Position numbers and translations under genes: made by a program. From NCBI RefSeq assembly GCF_009914755.1, contig NC_060947.1: a DNA stretch of 64,000 nt. One strand, 5' to 3'. Under the pieces are notes generated by a model that saw nothing but the letters and a program-made list of their open reading frames with translations, ran no database searches and had not been told where the DNA came from. Shown piece by piece: positions 1 to 11,940 of this stretch (its first letter is position 1; each line of letters begins with the position of its first letter). This DNA comes from the human T2T-CHM13v2.0 reference genome, Homo sapiens.

Positions 1-429
1 ATATTTCAATAATAGACTCTATAACATAAAAGAATAGCACACAGCATTCGCTTGCTTAAAATTTATCAAACAGAAAAATAATCCAAAGATAATTTTATAA
101 ATGAGAAAATAACTAACTAGAAATTGAGCACTTGAATGCAAAAAAAGTTGTGGTACTGATAATAAGGTGTGAGTTAACTTTGCATTGCAAATTAACATCA
201 AATTATGCCACGAAAGATGGCATAATTTTTGAGAATGGATAGAAACATGATTTCTTCTCCTACTGCAGGTGTCTTGACACACACAGGATGATTGCTAGAG
301 CAAATCTGATCAGATTTATGCATGAAACGTATTGCTTTAATAAAGTTGTTTTATTGTAAAAAAAATAGGCAAGAAATAATATGTTAGGAACAAAGGAAAT
401 TTATGGAGGTATCTTTGGTGCTTGCATGC

Positions 430-780
430 CCAGTGATAATACCAGCTGGAAATTGTAGCAACCATGGTCCAACGGGGTTAAGCAACTATTCGCTAAGAAC
501 TCAAGGATGAGGGTCTGGGTTAACACACTTAACAGTCAATCTAGAACTCTTGAAGTTCTGGTATAAGATGATGGAAATATAGAATGGGTGTTTGAGGAAG
601 AAGATAATAAGTATCAATTATGGCCTTGGGAAATTTAGAACAGTGGGAATTTTATATTGTTCTAGTGACCCCCTTTTATAAGTCTTTTGAAGATATTTCA
701 GCTGTTCACCTTCTTAAAAGCTTTATGATGGATTGGATTTAGTTGAAGGCATGAGGAGATCTAAGGAGTGTAAAGTATGG
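430..780 (+). mobile_element. ERVL-class (HERV16-like) internal 3' remnant
   Basis: aggatgagggtctgggtt...ggaaatatagaatgggtgtttgaggaagaagataataagtatcaattatgg resembles the 3' end of ERVL internal sequence; followed by an LTR-like segment. Confidence 0.55.
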
Positions 781-1285
781 ACTATATCAGATCCTTCTTT
801 TGTCTTGCCTCACAGTTTTGACACAATTGTTATGTTAGCCAGTGCTGTGGCAATCAAGTTAATCCTGCTGTCACTTGACAGAGACTTTCCTCAGGCACAA
901 CTGTACAAAGTATCTCTTTCTGCCCTGGGACTTTTATTTTCACATGTGCATGCACAAATCAAGAAATGCCAAGACTTAACATGCCATGGTGTAGCTCTTG
1001 ACTAATGGGGAATAGAGGCTGATGAATACTTGTTCCCCTATTCTGTGCCCTAGGCAGAAAACTCTGAGGTGCATTCTACATATCTTCTCAGAGAGTTTCA
1101 GTGAAATGGAGCTTAGTTGTCCTCAGCGACCAGGATGGTAAGACGTCCTTACATTGGTTTTCAGTATTTTCATGTTTTAGTCTCCCCAGTCCTCTGCTCC
1201 TGTTAACTGACACTGCTTTCACCGCAAGCCTTTATTTTCAGCCTTTTCTTTCCTCAGAGTGGGTGGGGGGACTGGGGTAAGATAG
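781..1285 (+). mobile_element. LTR16-like ERVL LTR
   Basis: Directly follows ERVL internal end; motifs tctgaggtgcattctaca, acattggtttt, caagccttt...ggggactggggtaagat resemble LTR16 family. Confidence 0.5.
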
Positions 1286-2054
1286 AAATCAGCAGCTAAT
1301 GTTTAAAATTGTAAATCAAGAAATAGCAGTATTAATAAATTGTTTAGAAAATGTGTTATAAGAATTAAAGAGCTAAAAATGGCTGCTTTTGTAGACAGAA
1401 AATTAGGAATGAGATGGAGTGGGACATTAACTTATGGTTTCCTTTAAACATAGCACATTGGTTCTTGCCATCCAAAAATAAACCCAAAGTCACGTTAAAT
1501 CAATATCCAAAAGAGCAATATACACATATATGTTATTTTCTTTTATCCATGTTTTCTGTTTGCATTGGTGTAATTTTATTTTCACTTGATTTGAGTAGTA
1601 CTTGGAATGAAGTAGCTATTCAACAAATATTTGTTGATTTTAGTAACTTCAGGACATGGATAGGTTTTATATAAGGTGATCATAGCTCAATTGCCAAACT
1701 TCTACCACAAAATTCCTTCTATGTCAGGAAAAAGCTTACCATTTATTAAAGAGCCACAGCTAATTGCTAAATTAAATCTCACTCTACAACTTCTAGGCTC
1801 TTACTTACTTCATCTTCTCTGAATTCCTATTGAATTGCCAGACAGTGCCACAGTGGGCAGTCTTGCTGGCAAATTGCTATATTGTATAATATACCCTGTT
1901 CAGTCATTTATTATCTATTTCTTGTTTCCTAATTTCTGTGAGGGAGTTTTATGCTCGCGTCTAGAAAATGTTGTCAGGGAAAGTAAAGAATGCTGACCTC
2001 TGACTCTTATATCCTTCATATGGAATGTCATAACAGATAATCAAAAAATATTAA

Positions 2055-3110
2055 TCATACAGGGGATTAACATCCAAAATACATAAGGAATTCAAACATC
2101 TGAAGAGCAGAAGAAACAATCTGATTTAAAAATGGGAAAATGATCTTAACAGACATTTCTCAAAAGAAGACAAACAAATGGCCAACAAATATATGAAAAA
2201 ATGCTCAACATCACTAATCACCAGGGACATGCAAATCAAAACCTCAACGAGATACTGTCTCACCCCAGTTAAGATGGCTATTATAAAAAAGACAAAAAAT
2301 AACATGCTGTTAAGGATGCAGAGAAAAGAAAGCCCTCATATACCATTGGTGGGCTTGTAAACTAGTATGGCCACTGTGGTGAACAGGATGAAGGCTTCTC
2401 AAAAAAATACAAATAGAACTCCCATATAATCCAGCAATCTCACTACCAGGTATTTATCCAAAGGAAAGAAAATCAGTACATTGAAGAGACATCTACACTC
2501 TCAAGTTTATTACAGCACTATTAACAATAGCCAGAAATAGAATCTACCTAGCCTTTCTCATCAACAGATGGATGGATAAGGAAAATGTGTTAATATATAC
2601 CCAATAGAATACTATTCGACCATAAAAATGAGTGAAATCCTGCCATTAACAGCAACATGAATGGAACTGGAGGATGTTAAGTGAAATGAGCCAGGAACAG
2701 AAAATTAAACACTGCATGTTCTTACGAATATGCAGCAGGTAAAAAAAAAATGTTGATCCCATTAAAGTAAAAAGGTAGAACAAAGGATATAAGGAGCTGA
2801 AAAGGGTAAGAATAAGAGGCCATAAGGAGAGATTTGTTAAAAGATATGACATTACAGCTAGATAAGAGGAATAAGTTCCAGTGTTCTATAACACTATAGG
2901 ATGACTATAGTTAGCAATAATATATACTTTCAAATAGCCAGAAGGAGAATATTGAGTATTCCCAACACAAATAAATAATAAAAGTTTGAGATGATGAATG
3001 TGCTAAGTACCCTGATGTTATCACTATACATTGTATGTATGAAAACATCATTATATAACCCATAAATATGTACAATTATTATGTGTCAATTAAAAAATAA
3101 AATACAAAAA
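2055..3110 (+). mobile_element. L1MA-type 3' end (ORF2 C-terminus + 3'UTR)
   Basis: ORF 2178-2360 [22 protein letters not shown] matches L1 ORF2 C-terminus; L1MA 3'UTR motifs (ttacagctagataagaggaataagttcc); A-rich tail ~3090-3110. Confidence 0.9.
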
Positions 3111-3164
3111 AATTTTAAAGCACTTGATGGATTTAGAAAATAAATGTAAATAACAATAACAATG

Positions 3165-3450
3165 GAAATAAATATATTTATATTTATATTATTTATACTT
3201 ATTTATATTGCCATTGCTATTTATATTTATTTGTATATTCTTGTATAATCTGGATATAAAAGAGTATACAAGGATATTTATTTGGATATCTTTGTATATT
3301 ATGCATAGTTATATTCATTTAAATATAATAATTATATCTATTTATATTGATATCTTGATATTGATATTATATATAGCAAAATGGAACCATTATTAATATT
3401 TATTTATAATACTAATATAAATAAATAAATTATATCAATATAAATACCAA
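3165..3450. repeat. AT-rich low-complexity tract
   Basis: Degenerate (TATT)n/(TATA)n runs seen directly. Confidence 0.7.
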
Positions 3451-4349
3451 CAATGGATTTTTATCAATAATAGATTTTGATACAGTACATTAGAGAATTT
3501 TTAAGATAAGGTCTTAGTCTCACAATAAGTTCACAATTTTTCTGTTTCTAACGTCAACTAACTTACTCCATATGTTGAGCCCACTGGTATAGACATATTC
3601 TAGAATTGGAGTTAAAGAGAAACTAGATGTGGAAAGGGCATCTATTTTCCAGTATGTCACAGGAATAGAGACGAGAAAGTTCCCTATATACACAGGCTAA
3701 ATGTATGCATTCACACTGCTCCCTGGGTCATTCTCCTCCTTTTAAGTATATATCAGGTAGTCAGATGTTAACTCTGAGCCTATGTCCACAACAATTATAT
3801 GTTTTTTAAAATGCATACAACAACAAATCATATTCTGAAAACTGCATTATTATTAGTGTCATAGTTGGTATGGTTATGTTTTATAGAGACAATACCTGTG
3901 CAGGAGAATGAAAGGGGTCAATTAAATAACTCCAGTTACATCTTTAGTCACTGATTAATTAAAATAATCTCTGATATTTTATTATACATTGCTCAACCCT
4001 GGAAAGACCTTATTTGTGTGTCTGTTTGAGTGTAACTATAACTGTTATCTCACACCAGTGGAAAGTACAATAAACAGCCGTGATCCTCTGAGGTTCTAAA
4101 GCAGGAAGATATGTACAAAAGAGGCTGAACATTAGGCCTGATTTGTTCCCCTTCAGATGGTTTTACCAAAGCCTCTGCATGACTACTGCCTCATTTTTGT
4201 ACATTGCACAAATCTATTATTTGTACAACACAGACTTTTTCCAACACAAATCAGGATTTCAAAGAAAATTAAGAAAATAAATTTATGTATAATATCTTTA
4301 TTATTCCTAGGGCAATACTGCAAAGCATGTGGAATCACATTGGTAGTAT

Positions 4350-4355
<6 letters not shown>

Positions 4356-4401
<46 letters not shown>
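4356..4401 (+). repeat. (TG)n microsatellite
   Basis: Perfect TG run of about 23 units. Confidence 0.98.
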
Positions 4402-4402
<1 letters not shown>

Positions 4403-4751
4403 CAAGGGGGTTATTGCTTGATAAGAAAGATGGGAAAATGTATAATCTTTTCAGAAAGGTAGACTCAAAGGCCAATGTGATGAACAAGATTTTATTAGCC
4501 CTGTAACCCTCATTAAGAAAAAGATAAGGTACCCTGAAAAAAATTTGTTCTCAGTAAGAAAAAACAGTGCATTTCTAGTGAATTGTAGCTCTTCATCATA
4601 CTCATAATGCTCATTGCCACTGAAGGTAGCTTCATATCAACCTTGTCACACAAGGTCTCCCTGTTGAGCATCTTTACACATTCATTGTCAAAATTGCAGA
4701 ATTTCATGTTGATAGAAATTTAATTGAAGTGATGTATAGGTCTTTAGTTCT

Positions 4752-4855
4752 CAAAATCTCACGAATCACCAATAAAAAACTTACTAATGTAACCCAATAC
4801 CACCTGTTTCCCAAAAACCTATCGAAATAAAAAATTAAAATACAAATAAAAAAAT
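4752..4855 (+). mobile_element. L1PB extreme 3' fragment with A-rich tail
   Basis: aaatctcacgaatcaccaataaaaaacttactaatgtaacccaataccacctgtttcccaaaaacctat matches L1PB 3' terminus. Confidence 0.8.
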
Positions 4856-5129
4856 AGTGAGCAAACAATATGGTCCATCAGAATTCAAGAAGGAGAAAAT
4901 AAAAAAATAAAAAGTAATAATAATAAAATAACCTACAAGTGATAAGAAAATACAAAAAAGAGGAACAGAAAAAAAAAAAAAGAAAGAAAACACACTAGTG
5001 GCTAATGATGTTATTACATTTAATCAAGAATGAAGGCTAAACCTGTCCCTCCATCATTTCTTGCCTGGACGCAATAGCGTTCTTTCACAACTACTTAGCT
5101 AAAGCCTTGACCCTCCCCAAATTGTCTGT

Positions 5130-5338
5130 ATTTATTCTTTAAAGCCCAAATAGTAAATATTCTAGACTTTGAAAGCCATATAGTCTGTGTTTTAATGTCT
5201 CAACTGTGCCATGGCAATGTGAAAGGAGATATAACCAATAAGTAAAAAAAAAAAAAAAAAAAATGGCTGTTTTCCAACAAAACTTTATTCCCAAAAACCA
5301 TATTTAGCCTGTGATTAATAGTATTCTTACTCTTGATT
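5130..5338 (+). mobile_element. MER58A (hAT-Charlie)
   Basis: aaatagtaaatattctagactttg...ctcaactgtgcc...atggctgttttccaacaaaactttatt matches MER58 motifs. Confidence 0.8.
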
Positions 5339-5364
5339 TACAGCACAGCCACAGCAATTTTTCT

Positions 5365-5430
5365 TTTTTTTATTATACTTTAAGTTCTAGGGTACATGTG
5401 CACAATGTGCAGGTTTGTTACATATGTATA
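5365..5430 (-). mobile_element. 66-bp 5'-truncated L1PA insertion with TSD
   Basis: ttattatactttaagttctagggtacatgtgcacaatgtgcagg is the antisense L1PA 3' end; TSD caatttttct (5355-5364) / caatctttct (5431-5440). Confidence 0.9.
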
Positions 5431-5979
5431 CAATCTTTCTAGAATACTAATCTCAATTATGCCAATCTCCTGCTTAAAACCACTTAACTTCATTTCACTT
5501 TTTGGATTATATTTCAACTCCTTATCATGGCTTGCAACCATCCACACCTACTTCTCTAGTGCAAGTGTTGCTACTCCATTTTTATTTTTTATGTTCCAAT
5601 AATAGTAAACTGCTTGTGGTTCTCCTCTTGACCCATCTTATTTCATACATATCTGCCTCCACTTGTGTTTCACTCTTTGTCCGGTATTTCCTTCTAACCC
5701 CTTTCTTAACCTGGAAAATGTCACATTCATCCTTTAGACTTGAGTGACATAACTTTTCCATAGATCTTTCCCTTTCCTTTCTTAATCACATCTTATTTGT
5801 TCCCATAGACCATACGTATAGACATCTCATTATATATTCAACAGCTTAGAACTTAGTAGGAGAGGTACTACAGTTTGTTGAAGTCACATTTTTTCATGTG
5901 TCAGATAAAAAAATTTATTTTTGCATTTCCAATTTCCTAAACAATCTTTAGCACAGAATGGTTAAATTTAAGGCCATTC

Positions 5980-6828
5980 AGGCAGTACTTCTGAAAATGT
6001 GGTGACGAGAAATCAGTGTATCATTTTCCCCAAAAAAACTACCATTTAACTGGTAAAAATTATCTTAAAGAAGAAATATTTAAAGCCTCTAAAAATTGTC
6101 TTAATAACTTAAGGGTATACAGGAAATGAAACAAAAAGGTTTATTCAAGAAAATCTGTTAAAAAAAAAAAAGAAAAAAAGTACTGGTCTTACCAAGATTT
6201 TTATTTGTTTGTTTTGTTTTGACATTTGACCTACTCCCAACTCTTGTGCCCTCACCAGGTCCATATAATGAAACGTCTACTTCTAGCACTCTATACCTGA
6301 CAAGTGCGGACAAAAATAACTGGATTCCTCTCCATAGAACTCCTAATCTAGAGCTACTGTATCATGCCAGAACAGGAAGACTATTAACATCTCTTATCAA
6401 ATTTTCCAACCCCATATGTGTTATTATGGAAAAGTGTGACCAAGAAGATTCAAGGGCCCTGCTTCAAGTGTGTCAGGCTGTAAATACTGGAGCCCTGATC
6501 ACCCACACCACAGTTCACTTGTAAACCAGAGGTTCCATGCTAGGAGCAGCGAGCCAAGAACACTCGGGACTGCTATTCCCATTCCCCTGCACATCGAGCA
6601 AGAATATCCCTCTGGGAAAAGCAAATTAGTATTTCTCCCACAGGCTCCAGGGTAGTAATATAAATGTTGTATCCGGGAGGACAGGCAGGTTTTATAAAAG
6701 GGGAGCTTGAAGCCCTGTCTGAGGAGATTGTATTATTTATAAGAAAACCTAAAGAAATTTATGTTTAAAGGTGTTATTGAAAACAATGGTGACAAGCGAT
6801 TAACAGAGTCTGATAGTTCCAAGATACT
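5980..6828 (+). mobile_element. Old L1M 5'UTR fragment
   Basis: acttctgaaaatgtgg...tttattcaagaaaatctg resembles 5' ends of L1MC/MD-age elements. Confidence 0.5.
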
Positions 6829-6829
6829 A

Positions 6830-6908
6830 GTACAATAGCCTCTAATTATCCATGGGGATTATATTGCAAGATCTCCAGCAGATACCTGGAATTGCACATA
6901 GTACTGGA
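6830..6908 (-). mobile_element. MER44/Tigger terminal fragment, truncated
   Basis: TA then caatagcctctaattatccatggggattatattgcaagatctccagcagatacctggaa...atagtactg resembles a MER44 terminus. Confidence 0.6.
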
Positions 6909-6909
6909 T

Positions 6910-7191
6910 TTTATAACAAAGGAATCTTCTTTGTTGTTTCTTTCCCTGGTTCTGCCTATAACATTTCTAGCTATTCTCTTTTTTCTGAGGAACCCCAATT
7001 ATTTTCAGTCTAACATTGTTAGACTTTATAACAAAGGTATCTTCTTTGTTGTTTCTTTCCCTAGTTCTCCCTTTGACAATAATTGGGGTTCCTGAGAAAA
7101 AAGAGAATAGCTAGAAATGTTATAGAAAGAACTAGGGAAAGAAACAACAAAGAAGATTCTAAACAATGTTGTTAGACTTTATATAACAAGG
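6910..7191. repeat. Complex inverted/direct repeat (82-bp arms, 74-nt spacer)
   Basis: 6922-7003 is the reverse complement of 7078-7159 with 4 mismatches; 6910-6953 is repeated directly at 7025-7068. Confidence 0.95.
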
Positions 7192-8221
7192 TTGTGTCAC
7201 TATTATCATTGAGAATTTTTTAATTTCCATCTTGATTTCATTGTTTACCCAATAATCACTCAGAAGCAGGTTAATTTCCATGTATTTGCATGGTTTTGAA
7301 GGTCTCTTTTAGAGTTGATTTCCAATTTTATTCCACCGTAGCCTGAGAGAGTACTTGATATAATTTCAATTTTCTTAAGTTTATTGAGACTTGTTTTGCG
7401 GCCTATCATATGGTCTATCTTGGAGAAAGTTCCAGGTGTTGTTGAATAGAATGTACATTATGCAGTTGTTTAGTTCTGTAAATATATGTTAAGTCCATTT
7501 TTTCTAGGGTATAGTTTAAATGCATTGTTTCTTTGTTGACTTTCTGTCTTGATGACCTATCTAGTGCTGTCAGTGGAGTATTGAAGTCCCCCACTACTAC
7601 TGTGTTGCTGTCTATCTCATTTCTTTGATCTAGTAGTAATTGTTTTATAAATTTGGGAGCGCCAGTGTCAGGTGCATATATATTTAGGATTGTGATATTT
7701 TCCTGTTGGACTAGTCATTTTATCATTATAAAATGTCCCTCTTTGTCTTTTTAAACTGCTGTTACTTTAAAGTTTGCTTTGTCTGATATAAAAATAGCTA
7801 CCTCTGCTCTCTTTTGGTGTCCATTTGCACAAGATGTCTTTTTCTACCCCTTTGCCTTGAGTTTATGTGAGTCCCTATGTGTTAGATGAGTCTCTTGATG
7901 GCAGCAGATACTTGATTTGTGAATTATTATCCATTCTGCAATTTGTATCTTTTAAGTGGAGCATTTAGACTATTTACATTCAATGTCAGTATTGAGATGT
8001 GAGGTACTATGCCATTCATCATGCTATGTGTTGTCTGAATACCTTGTTTTTTTAAATTTATTTATTATATTTTGGTTTTATAGGTCCTGTGGGATTCATG
8101 CTTTAAAGAGGTTCTGTTTTGATTTGTTACCGGGATTTGTTTCAAGATTTAAAGCTCCTTTTAGCAGTGCTTGTAGTGCTGGCTTGGTAGTGGCAAATTC
8201 TGTCAGCATTTGTTTTTCTGA

Positions 8222-8260
<39 letters not shown>

Positions 8261-10640
8261 AACTATCTTTTCTTTATTTATGAAGCTTAGTTTTGCTGGA
8301 TACCAAATTCTTGGCTGAAAATTGTTTTCTTTAAGGAGGCTAAAGATAGGATCCAAATCCCTTCTAGCTTGTAGGATTTCTGCTGAGAAATCTGCTGTTA
8401 ATCTGATAGGTTTTCCTTTATAGATTTCCTGGTGCTTTTGCCCCACAGCTCTAAAGGTTCATTCCTTAATGTTGATTTTGGATAATCTGATGACTACATG
8501 ACTAGGTGATGATCTTTTTGGAATGATTTTCCAAGGTGTTCTTTAAGCTTCTTGTATTTGGATGTCTAGATCTCTAGCAAGGCCAGGGAAGTTTTCTTTG
8601 ACTCTTCTCCTGAAAATGTTTTCCAAACATTTAGATTTATCTTCTGCAGGAATGTATTTATCTTCATCAATGCCAATTATTCTTATGTTAAATCAGGCCA
8701 TTTAACATAATTCCAAACTTCTTGGAGGCTTTGTTCATTTTTTTGAAATTCTTTTTTCTTTGTCTCTGTTGGTTTGGGTTGTTTCAAAAACCTTGTCTTC
8801 AAGCTCTGAAGTTGCTTCTTCTGCTTGTTCAATTCTATTGCTGAGACTTTCCAGGACATTTTGCATTTCTCTAAGTGTGTCCTTTATTTCCCGAAGTTGT
8901 GATTTTTTTTTATTTAGGCTATCTATGTCATTGAAGATTCCTCCCCTCATTTCTTGTATCATTTTTTTTTTATTTCCTTAAGTTGGACTTCACCTTTCTC
9001 TGGTGTCTCCTTGATTTGCCTAATAATCAACCTTCTGAATTCTTTTTCTGACAATTCAGTAATTTCTTCTTGGTTTGGATCCATTGCAGGTGAGTTAGTG
9101 TGATTTTTTTTTTTTTTTTGAGTGTGTTAAAGAACCTTGTTTTGCCATATTACCCGAATTGTTTTTCTGGTTTCTTCTCATTTGGGTAGCCTATGTCAGA
9201 GGGAAGATCTGGGGCTCAAGGCTACTGTTCAGATTCTTTCATCCCACAGGTTGCTTCCTTGATGTAGTACTCTCCTCTTTTTTCCTAGGCATCTGGCTTC
9301 CTGAGAACCAAACTCTGGTGACTGTCATTTTTCTTTTGGATCTAGCCACCCAGCAGGGCTGCCAGGCTCCATGCTCGTACTGAGGGTTGTCTGCACAGAG
9401 TCCTGTGATGTGAACCATCTTCGGGTCTCTCAGCCATCAGTCCCAGCACCTGCTCCAGTGGAGGTGGCAGGGGAGTGAAATGGACTATGTGAGAGTCCTT
9501 AGATGTAGCTGTTTAATGCGCTAGTTTTGTGCTGGTTGGCCTTCTGCCAGCAGGTGGCTCTTTCAAGAGAGCTTCAGCTGTGGTAGTACAGGGGAGGATC
9601 AGGCAGTGGGTAGGACCCTAGAACTCCCAAAAGAATATTACCTTGTCTTCAGCTACCAGGGTATGTAGGGAAGGACCATCAGGTGGGGGCAGGGTTAGAC
9701 ATGTGTGAGCTCAGACTTTCCTTGAGTGGGGCTTGCTGCAGCTGCAGCTGCTGTGGGGGATGGGGGTGTGGTTCACAGGTCAATGGAGTTATGTTCCCAG
9801 GAGCATTATGGCTGCCTCTGCTGTTTCATGCAGATTGTCAGGGAAGTGGGGGAAAGCCAGCAGTTACAGGCTTCACCCAGCTCCCATGCAACCCAAAAGG
9901 CCAGTTCCACTCCCACAATGGCTCCCCGACCCCCGCAAAAAAAAACAAAAACAAAAAACAAAAACACCGAGTTTGTTTGCAGGCAGTGGGCAAGCAGGGC
10001 TGAGAACTAGCCCCATGCTATCAGCCTCCTGGCTGAGAAAGTAAACAGGGCATTTGTGCCTTCCCACCTGTTGAGTCTGAACACCAGATTCACGCTCTCC
10101 CCTGAGTTCTGGCCAGGAAATTTTGTATTCAGTAGGAATTGTTATAAAGGTCAGCTTGAGGTTTCCTTCTCCCTGTGGTCTTTTCCCAGTTCCTCTGGCA
10201 GCCATCCCCAAGGACCCCTGTGAGACAAGTCAGAAATGGCTTCCCTGGGGACTGAGAGAGCCCATAGGGCTTTTCCTGCTGCTTCCTCTTCCCCTGTATC
10301 TCACTTGGCTCTCAAAATTGTTTCAGCTCCGGGTAAGGTAAAATCCTCCTGTCATCTGGACCTTCAGGTTCCCCAGTGAGGGTGTGTGTTTGAGGGTGGA
10401 TGATCCTCCTTTCCCATTCTCACAGTTTGGGCACTCACAGTATTTGGGCTATCTCCCAGGTGCTACAGGAGCAATATATTATCTTCAAAGGGTCTATGGA
10501 TTTCCTTGGCTTTACTAGTATATTCCTGCAGTAGTTCTTGGAGAAAGAATTTATGATGCGAGTCTCCACACACTGCTCTGTCTGTCTGAGTGGGAGCTGC
10601 AATTTAGTCCTGCCTCCTATCTGCCTTTTTTCTTGTTCCC
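7190..10640 (-). mobile_element. L1PB-type 5' half (5'UTR, ORF1, ORF2 endonuclease), lacking RT and 3' end
   Basis: ORF 8096-8446 YKGKPIRLTADFSAE...FQPRIWYPAKLSF is ORF1; ORF 8735-8962 is ORF1 coiled coil; 5' terminus rc gcagataggaggcaggact near 10625. Confidence 0.92.
8223..8260 (+). repeat. (AAC)n microsatellite inside L1 ORF1
   Basis: About 12 perfect AAC units. Confidence 0.97.
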
Positions 10641-10699
10641 TGATCGTTCCTTCTTGCCTATGTTGCATAGCAAGAACTCTGTCTTTACTGTAATCAGAT

Positions 10700-11940
10700 C
10701 CAACAAACTCTGCCAATATATTATTATTTCTTTTCCTAATGGTCTTCCTGTGTCTGGAAGCCATGGCTTCGTGGTTAGTTAAAACCTTACTGCATTCCCT
10801 GCTTGAAAAATTCTTCCTAAGTTTGACAGGGCTAGAAAACACAAATTCCCTGACTGAATACTTGGGTTTATAGGTGAGAAAATCCAGTCCTACTTTCGCT
10901 CTTTGTTTCCCTGTATTTTAGTTGCTGGGGGTGCATAACCATGTATTACCTATTGGTCCAGTAGAAATACTGGATTCTGGAGGACAGTGCTCTGACACGG
11001 TAAAATATTTTCCTGGAGATGAACCTTTAGAAAGGTGTCTAGCTGCTTCCTTGTGATGAGGTATATTGTGATTTTTATAGATTCTTCAGTGAGACAACAC
11101 TTGTCATAACTCTTTCACTGTAATATGGATCCCTTAGTCTAATATAATATTGTGAAGAGTATCACACTGGTAAATAAGGCATTTCATAAAACTTTGGACA
11201 TTAGTCCTTGCAAAGGTACTTAGGCAGATAAGGTAAAGCCACACAAAGAATGAATGCAAAATTCAAGAAATAAGAATTCTAGCTCTCTCTCAGGTGAAAA
11301 GTGGTGTAACAGACACGCCACCATTTGGCAAGTTGGTCTCCTTAAAAGATAATAACACCTTAAGAGTTCAACATTTTCCTTTAATGTTGGCATATTGCAG
11401 TAGCACTAGCTAGATCATCCTTGGTAAGAGAGATAGCCTTCATGCCTACCACCCTAACTACCCCATTCATGGGTCCATCAAGCAAACACTAAGGCAACTG
11501 AGGAGAGGACCTGGCTGACATATGAAGAGAAATTCTGTATACATGGTTGTTATGTGACTCCTCTTCTACTTGATGTTCTGAGTAGCAATAAAAGTTAAAA
11601 ATAAAAATTCCCACATTTTTTGCCCATTTCGAAAAAAATACATCATGCCTTTTCTATAAGCTTCCTTCTCTCAGATCTTCCGGTATTGTTTCTCAGAAGT
11701 CCATGGATAACCTTCCTCAGGCCATTATGTCAAACATGCAAAGTAAACAAGTGTCACACTGGTAGCTCTATCTACTGACAAAGGTTCCCATTCATCATTG
11801 TCTTTTAGATCCACTCCTGAGCGAGGCCATATTATGGCAGTAGACTACTTACAGCTATCGTCAACTTATCAAGCCCATCTATGTTTCAGTCGTTCCAAGG
11901 AAATTCTCTATGATAAACTGCCGTGGTCACTTCCTTTTTG
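10700..11940 (-). mobile_element. Degraded ERVL-class pol (RNase H/integrase) remnant
   Basis: Minus strand near 11125-11190 reads KCLIYQCDTLHNIILD*GIH, like ERVL integrase ECLIHHHGIPHSIASDQGTHF; HHKEAARHL near 11035-11060 like HHPEAAGLI. Confidence 0.75.

Larger units (their letters stand above)
5040..5885. mobile_element. L2 remnant interrupted by MER58A and a tiny L1PA
   Basis: catcatttcttgcctggac and ctcctgcttaaaaccactt motifs typical of degraded L2. Confidence 0.55.

Noticed and set aside
4513-4760. 64-aa minus-strand ORF with coding-like composition (possible exon or pseudogene)
   Set aside because: I recognise no protein family, alternative frames have stops, and there is no supportable splice structure; a tblastx/blastx search would be needed.
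6922-7159. Inverted repeat as a miRNA gene or MITE
   Set aside because: No TSD or recognisable TIR, a large structured spacer, and no expression evidence; better explained as a repair scar.
9683-10341. Overlapping GC-rich ORFs
   Set aside because: They lie within the L1PB 5'UTR, where higher GC content lowers stop-codon frequency.
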